Source: Longimicrobiales bacterium (GTDB lineage: Bacteria > Gemmatimonadota > Gemmatimonadetes > Longimicrobiales > Gaopeijiaceae). Taken from it: a stretch of 64,000 nucleotides of DNA. The notes below the pieces were generated by a model that was not told where the DNA came from, made no database searches, and was given only the letters and a program-made list of their open reading frames with translations. The stretch is from contig CBDANQ010000059.1 in assembly GCA_965197725.1 (NCBI GenBank), positions 1 through 64,000 on the forward strand. The letters are read 5' to 3'. Within the stretch, counting starts at the first letter, position 1. Every line of letters starts with the position of its first letter. This document shows, piece after piece, positions 59,872 to 64,000 of this stretch. The position numbers were made by a program, and so were the translations under genes.

Positions 59872-62800
59872 TCAGGGCGCGCTAGGAGGCTCCAACACAG
59901 AACCGGACGCACGGCGTCCATGCCGACCCGCACGCTGTCCGGGCGCAGGCGTGGCGTCCCCGAGATCCGCCACGGAGATCCGCTCCTGAAGCGTCTCTAG
60001 CTGGCGAAGCACTAGATCGACCCGCCCCTCTTCCATCGCGACGGAATTGGGAGCCACCGTCCAGAAGCCACCCACCGCGGCCGACCAGTCGTTCAGGATC
60101 TCGCGAGCGAGTACCGAACCCGTCCCCTTCAGGTGGCGCTCGATCAACGCCTTCAGCAGTTCGATCTCTCCAGCCTCGCTGGTCCGTTCCAAGATCACGA
60201 ACTCTCGGTTCACACTGGTCGGGAAGTCGCCGCGCGGGTCCAGCACGAAGGCCAGGCCGCCGGACATACCGGCGCCGAAGTTACGGCCGGCCTCACCCAG
60301 GACGACCACCACCCCTGCCGTCATGTACTCACACCCATGCTCACCGACACCTTCCACCACCGCCACGCCACCCGAGTTCCGCACCGCGAAGCGTTCGCCG
60401 GCGCGACCCGCGATGAAGAGGCTCCCACCCGTCGCGCCATAGAGGACCGTGTTCCCGACGAGGGTGGCGTCGGCCCCTTGGAACTCCGCTCTGGCCGGCA
60501 GCCCGATGGCGATCTCGCCCCCGCTCATCCCCTTGGCGACGTAGTCGTTGGCCTCGCCCACCAGGCGGAGACGCACACCGTTCACGAGCCAGGCGCCGAA
60601 CGACTGTCCGGCGGAACCGCTGAAGTTCAGATCGAGCGTGCCCTCCGGCAGACCCGCGTCGCCGTGGACGCCGGCAATGCGCACCGAGATGCGCCCGCCC
60701 ACTGTACGGTCCGTGTTCTCGATCCCGTACGATCCCCGGAAGGGCGTGCCGTCCTCGAGCGCGCTTCCGAGCTGCTCGATGATGTGGTCGTCCAGCGGAG
60801 CGCCGGGGCGATCATTGCGATCCTGAACACAATGCAGAGGCGCTCCCGCCGCCGGCGTGATGAGCTTCGACAGGTCGGCGCCCCTCCACCGATGATCCTC
60901 GTCTGCGGGAATCTGTCGGAGGAGGTCCGCGTGACCCATGAGGTCCTCCAGCCGCTCGTAGCCCAACTCGGCCAGGATCTCGCGCACTTCCTCAGCGACA
61001 TGAGTGAGAAAGTTGATGAGCATTTCGGGCGTGCCGAAGTACTTCTTGCGGAGCTCCTCAGCCTGCGTGGCGATCCCCACCGGGCAGGTGTTGATATGGC
61101 ACTGTCGCGCCATCTTGCACCCGATGGCCATCAACGCACTCGTGCCAAAGCCAAACACATCCGCCCCCAGGAGGGCGGCCATGACGACGTCGCGCCCGGT
61201 GTGGAGTCCACCGTCGACGGCCAGGGTCACGCGCCCCCGGAGTCCATTCATGACCAAGGTCTGTTGCGTTTCCGCCAAGCCGACCTCCCAGGGGCTCCCC
61301 GCGTACTTGACCGACGACAGTGGCGAGGCGCCCGTACCACCGTCCGCGCCACTGATCTGGATCGTATCTGCGTACGCCTTGGCTACGCCCGCGGCGATGG
61401 TCCCGACACCCTCTGACGCGACCAACTTCACGCCGACCTTCGCCTTTAGGTTGGCGGTCTTGAGGTCGTAGATCAGCTGAGCCAAATCCTCGATCGAGTA
61501 GATGTCGTGGTGCGGAGGCGGAGAGATCAAAGGCGTTCCCGGGAGCACGTGCCGGAGGCTCGCGATGTACGGGGTGACCTTGTGGCCCGGGAGCTGGCCG
61601 CCCTCTCCCGGCTTGGAGCCCTGCGCCATCTTGATATCGAGCTGGCGTGCCCCGGCCAAATACGCTGGAGTCACTCCGAAGCGACCCGATGCGACCTGCT
61701 TGATGTGCGAGTTCGCATCCCGCATATCGCCATCAGGCGCATAGCGGCGGGGGTCCTCACCTCCCTCGCCGGTGTTGGCGAGGCCTCCGATCCGGTTCAT
61801 GGCGCGAGCCACGTCCTCGTGGGCCTCACTACTCAGCGCACCCAACGACATCGCGCCCGTCTGGAATCGGCGAAGCACCTGATCTACCGACTCCACTCGC
61901 TCTATATCGATCGGCCCGTGGTCCGTCGCGAACTCCAGGAGGTCGCGCAAGGCCGCTGGCGGGCGGGAGTGAACGAGCTCGGAGTACGCGCGGTACTCCT
62001 CCCGGCCACCCCCCTGGACGACCGCGTGTAACGCTCTCCAGACCGGCGGCTCGTTGGCGTGATAGTCGCTGTCGCGGCGGTACTTGTACCAGCCACCGCG
62101 CTCCAGGGCCTCCCCAGCGAACGCCCGCTCATGGCGCTCGCCCACGTCCTCGGCGATCTCGCGAAATCCGATGCCGCCAATACGGGACGTGGTGCCTGGG
62201 AAGGAGCGCTGGATCACCTCGTCGCCGAGCCCCAGCGCCTCGAAGATCTGAGCTCCATGGTACGACGACACGGCGGAGATACCCATCTTGGACATCACCT
62301 TGAGGACGCCGGCCTCGGCAGCCAGGAGGTAGACCCGGACCGCCTCCTCAGGGTCGCTCTCCCCGAGCTTTCCAGCGTCGGCGAGACCACCCACCGTCTC
62401 CAGGGCGAGATACGGGTAGATCGCCGAAGCGCCGAAGCCGATTAGCGCGGCCAGGTGGTGCACGTCGCGCGCGTCGCCCGCCTCGGCCAGAATGCTGGCG
62501 CGCATGCGCCGGCCGGTCCGGATCAGGTGGTGGTGCACGCTGGAAACCGCGAGCAACATCGGGATCGGCGCTCGCAGCTCATCCACCAGACGATCACTGA
62601 TGACGAGCACGCTGTGCCCCTCGTCCACAGCCGATGCCGCAGCCTGGCACAGTTCGTCTAGCGCGCGCGTGAGTCCGTCACAACCCTCCGCTACCGGGAA
62701 GCTGGCCGACAAGTCGGCGAAGCTGAACCGCTCGGGGGGCGTGCGCCGCAAAGACGCCCACTCCGCGGCGGAGAGTACAGGGCTTCTAAGGTGCAGCAGC

Positions 62801-64000
62801 TGAGCCGCCTCCGGCCTCTCCTCGAGGATCGAATGACGCACGCCGAGATAAGTGTGGAGCGACATGACGACCCGCTCCCGGAGCGAGTCGATCGGTGGGT
62901 TCGTCACCTGCGCGAAACGCTGCCGGAAATAGGTGTAGAGCGACCGCTGTGCGTCGTTCAGGGCCGAAGGCGGCGTATCGTCACCCATGGAGCCGACGGG
63001 CTCCTTGCCGTCTCGCGCCATCGGCGTGAGCACGTCCCTGACCTCTTCCCGCGTATACCCGTGCAGCACCTGCATTTTCGGGACGTCGGACGTCAGGACG
63101 ACGTTGGCTCGGCTTTCGCGGTCAACCGGCGCGTGATCGAGGTGCTGGAGGTTGCCCTGGACCCAGCGGCCATAAGGCCGGGCCATCGAGAGCCTCAGCT
63201 TGATGTCGCGGTTGCGCAGGAACCGACGCTCTGCCGTGTCCACGGCGATCATCTCTCCGGGCCCCACGCGTCCGGATTCGACGATCTCCTTGAGCGGCAG
63301 TCCGAGAAGCCCCACCTCCGAGCTCATCACTACGAGGCGGTCCGACGTGACTTGGTAACGGGCGGGACGCAGACCGTTGCGATCCATCGCGGCGGCCACG
63401 ACCACTCCGTCCGTAAACGCAGTCGCCGCGGGCCCGTCCCACGGCTCCATGAGGCAAGCGTGATATTCGTAAAAAGCACGCAGCTGGGGATCCATGTCGG
63501 GCATGTTCTCCCACGCCTCGGGAACCAGCATCGCCATCGCGTGCAGCACATCACGCCCCGACGTCGTGAGCAGCTCCAGAGCCTCGTCCAAAGAGGCGGT
63601 GTCGGAGCCGATCGGCTCGATGACCGGAATCAGGTCCTGCAGCTTCTCTCCCCAGACGGGGGACGTGAGCTCAGGCTCTCGCGCGGACATCCAGTTGCGG
63701 TTCCCGAGAAGCGTATTGATCTCACCGTTGTGCGCGATGAATCGGAACGGCTGAGCGAGCTTCCAATTCGGTAGCGTGTTGGTGGCAAAGCGCTGGTGAA
63801 AGAGCGCCAGAGCGGAATGGGTGCGCACGTCCGCGAGGTCCGGGAAGAAACTCCGGAGCTGGGGAGCGACCATCAGGCCCTTATAGACGACCGTCCGGGC
63901 CGACATCGATACGATGTACGCGTCGACTTCGTGCTCGCGATACGCGGCTTCGGCCCTCCTGCGCGCAAGGTAGAGTACCCGTTCGAACTCGATGCTCGAC
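59872..64000 (-). CDS. gltB: Glutamate synthase large subunit (5' end outside the window)
   Basis: HNGEINTL, EPWDGPA, DRNGLRP, AQVTNPPID, GAMSLGALS, KMAQGSKPGEGGQLPG, CKMARQCHINTC, GXGXG domain. Confidence 0.97.
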   Translation of the reverse strand, partial: SSIEFERVLYLARRRAEAAYREHEVDAYIVSMSARTVVYKGLMVAPQLRSFFPDLADVRTHSALALFHQRFATNTLPNWKLAQPFRFIAHNGEINTLLGNRNWMSAREPELTSPVWGEKLQDLIPVIEPIGSDTASLDEALELLTTSGRDVLHAMAMLVPEAWENMPDMDPQLRAFYEYHACLMEPWDGPAATAFTDGVVVAAAMDRNGLRPARYQVTSDRLVVMSSEVGLLGLPLKEIVESGRVGPGEMIAVDTAERRFLRNRDIKLRLSMARPYGRWVQGNLQHLDHAPVDRESRANVVLTSDVPKMQVLHGYTREEVRDVLTPMARDGKEPVGSMGDDTPPSALNDAQRSLYTYFRQRFAQVTNPPIDSLRERVVMSLHTYLGVRHSILEERPEAAQLLHLRSPVLSAAEWASLRRTPPERFSFADLSASFPVAEGCDGLTRALDELCQAAASAVDEGHSVLVISDRLVDELRAPIPMLLAVSSVHHHLIRTGRRMRASILAEAGDARDVHHLAALIGFGASAIYPYLALETVGGLADAGKLGESDPEEAVRVYLLAAEAGVLKVMSKMGISAVSSYHGAQIFEALGLGDEVIQRSFPGTTSRIGGIGFREIAEDVGERHERAFAGEALERGGWYKYRRDSDYHANEPPVWRALHAVVQGGGREEYRAYSELVHSRPPAALRDLLEFATDHGPIDIERVESVDQVLRRFQTGAMSLGALSSEAHEDVARAMNRIGGLANTGEGGEDPRRYAPDGDMRDANSHIKQVASGRFGVTPAYLAGARQLDIKMAQGSKPGEGGQLPGHKVTPYIASLRHVLPGTPLISPPPHHDIYSIEDLAQLIYDLKTANLKAKVGVKLVASEGVGTIAAGVAKAYADTIQISGADGGTGASPLSSVKYAGSPWEVGLAETQQTLVMNGLRGRVTLAVDGGLHTGRDVVMAALLGADVFGFGTSALMAIGCKMARQCHINTCPVGIATQAEELRKKYFGTPEMLINFLTHVAEEVREILAELGYERLEDLMGHADLLRQIPADEDHRWRGADLSKLITPAAGAPLHCVQDRNDRPGAPLDDHIIEQLGSALEDGTPFRGSYGIENTDRTVGGRISVRIAGVHGDAGLPEGTLDLNFSGSAGQSFGAWLVNGVRLRLVGEANDYVAKGMSGGEIAIGLPARAEFQGADATLVGNTVLYGATGGSLFIAGRAGERFAVRNSGGVAVVEGVGEHGCEYMTAGVVVVLGEAGRNFGAGMSGGLAFVLDPRGDFPTSVNREFVILERTSEAGEIELLKALIERHLKGTGSVLAREILNDWSAAVGGFWTVAPNSVAMEEGRVDLVLRQLETLQERISVADLGDATPAPGQRAGRHGRRASGSVLEPPSAP

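Overview
GC-rich bacterial chromosome segment from a diderm with outer-membrane beta-barrels, Tat substrates and lipoproteins. The proteins suggest Gemmatimonadota, which is an inference. Intact housekeeping blocks: csp-polA-ssb, a short sigma-70 factor, maeB-pckA, RNase P RNA, tRNA-Arg(CCG), a nine-gene heme operon of the coproporphyrin-dependent type (cpfC/hemH-hemA-hemC-hemD-hemB-chdC-hemE-cgoX/hemY-hemL), ilvC-ilvH with a divergent ilvB, bioFBAD and the 3' part of gltB. Redox modules: a Tat-exported PaoABC-like molybdo-flavoenzyme, a cupredoxin lipoprotein, and a minimal alternative complex III/Qrc-like operon. That operon has a lipoprotein pentaheme ActA, a split ActB whose B1 keeps a 4-Cys FS0 motif, ActC and ActD, but no ActE/F. 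It converges on a RnfD/UnbU-like membrane protein with Cys-paired Sel1-like repeats plus an FGE-like protein. A complete IS21 and two tyrosine-integrase tails surround the tRNA. Between intact genes the DNA is full of eroded genes that the ORF track misses. Several are collapsed to just their N- and C-termini (PQQ dehydrogenase, NHL protein, GntR). Others survive as tiny scraps (ClC channel, MacB-type permease, Ig-like Big_2). Core genes carry no frameshifts, so this looks like real, ongoing genome erosion. No CRISPR array or rRNA was seen.
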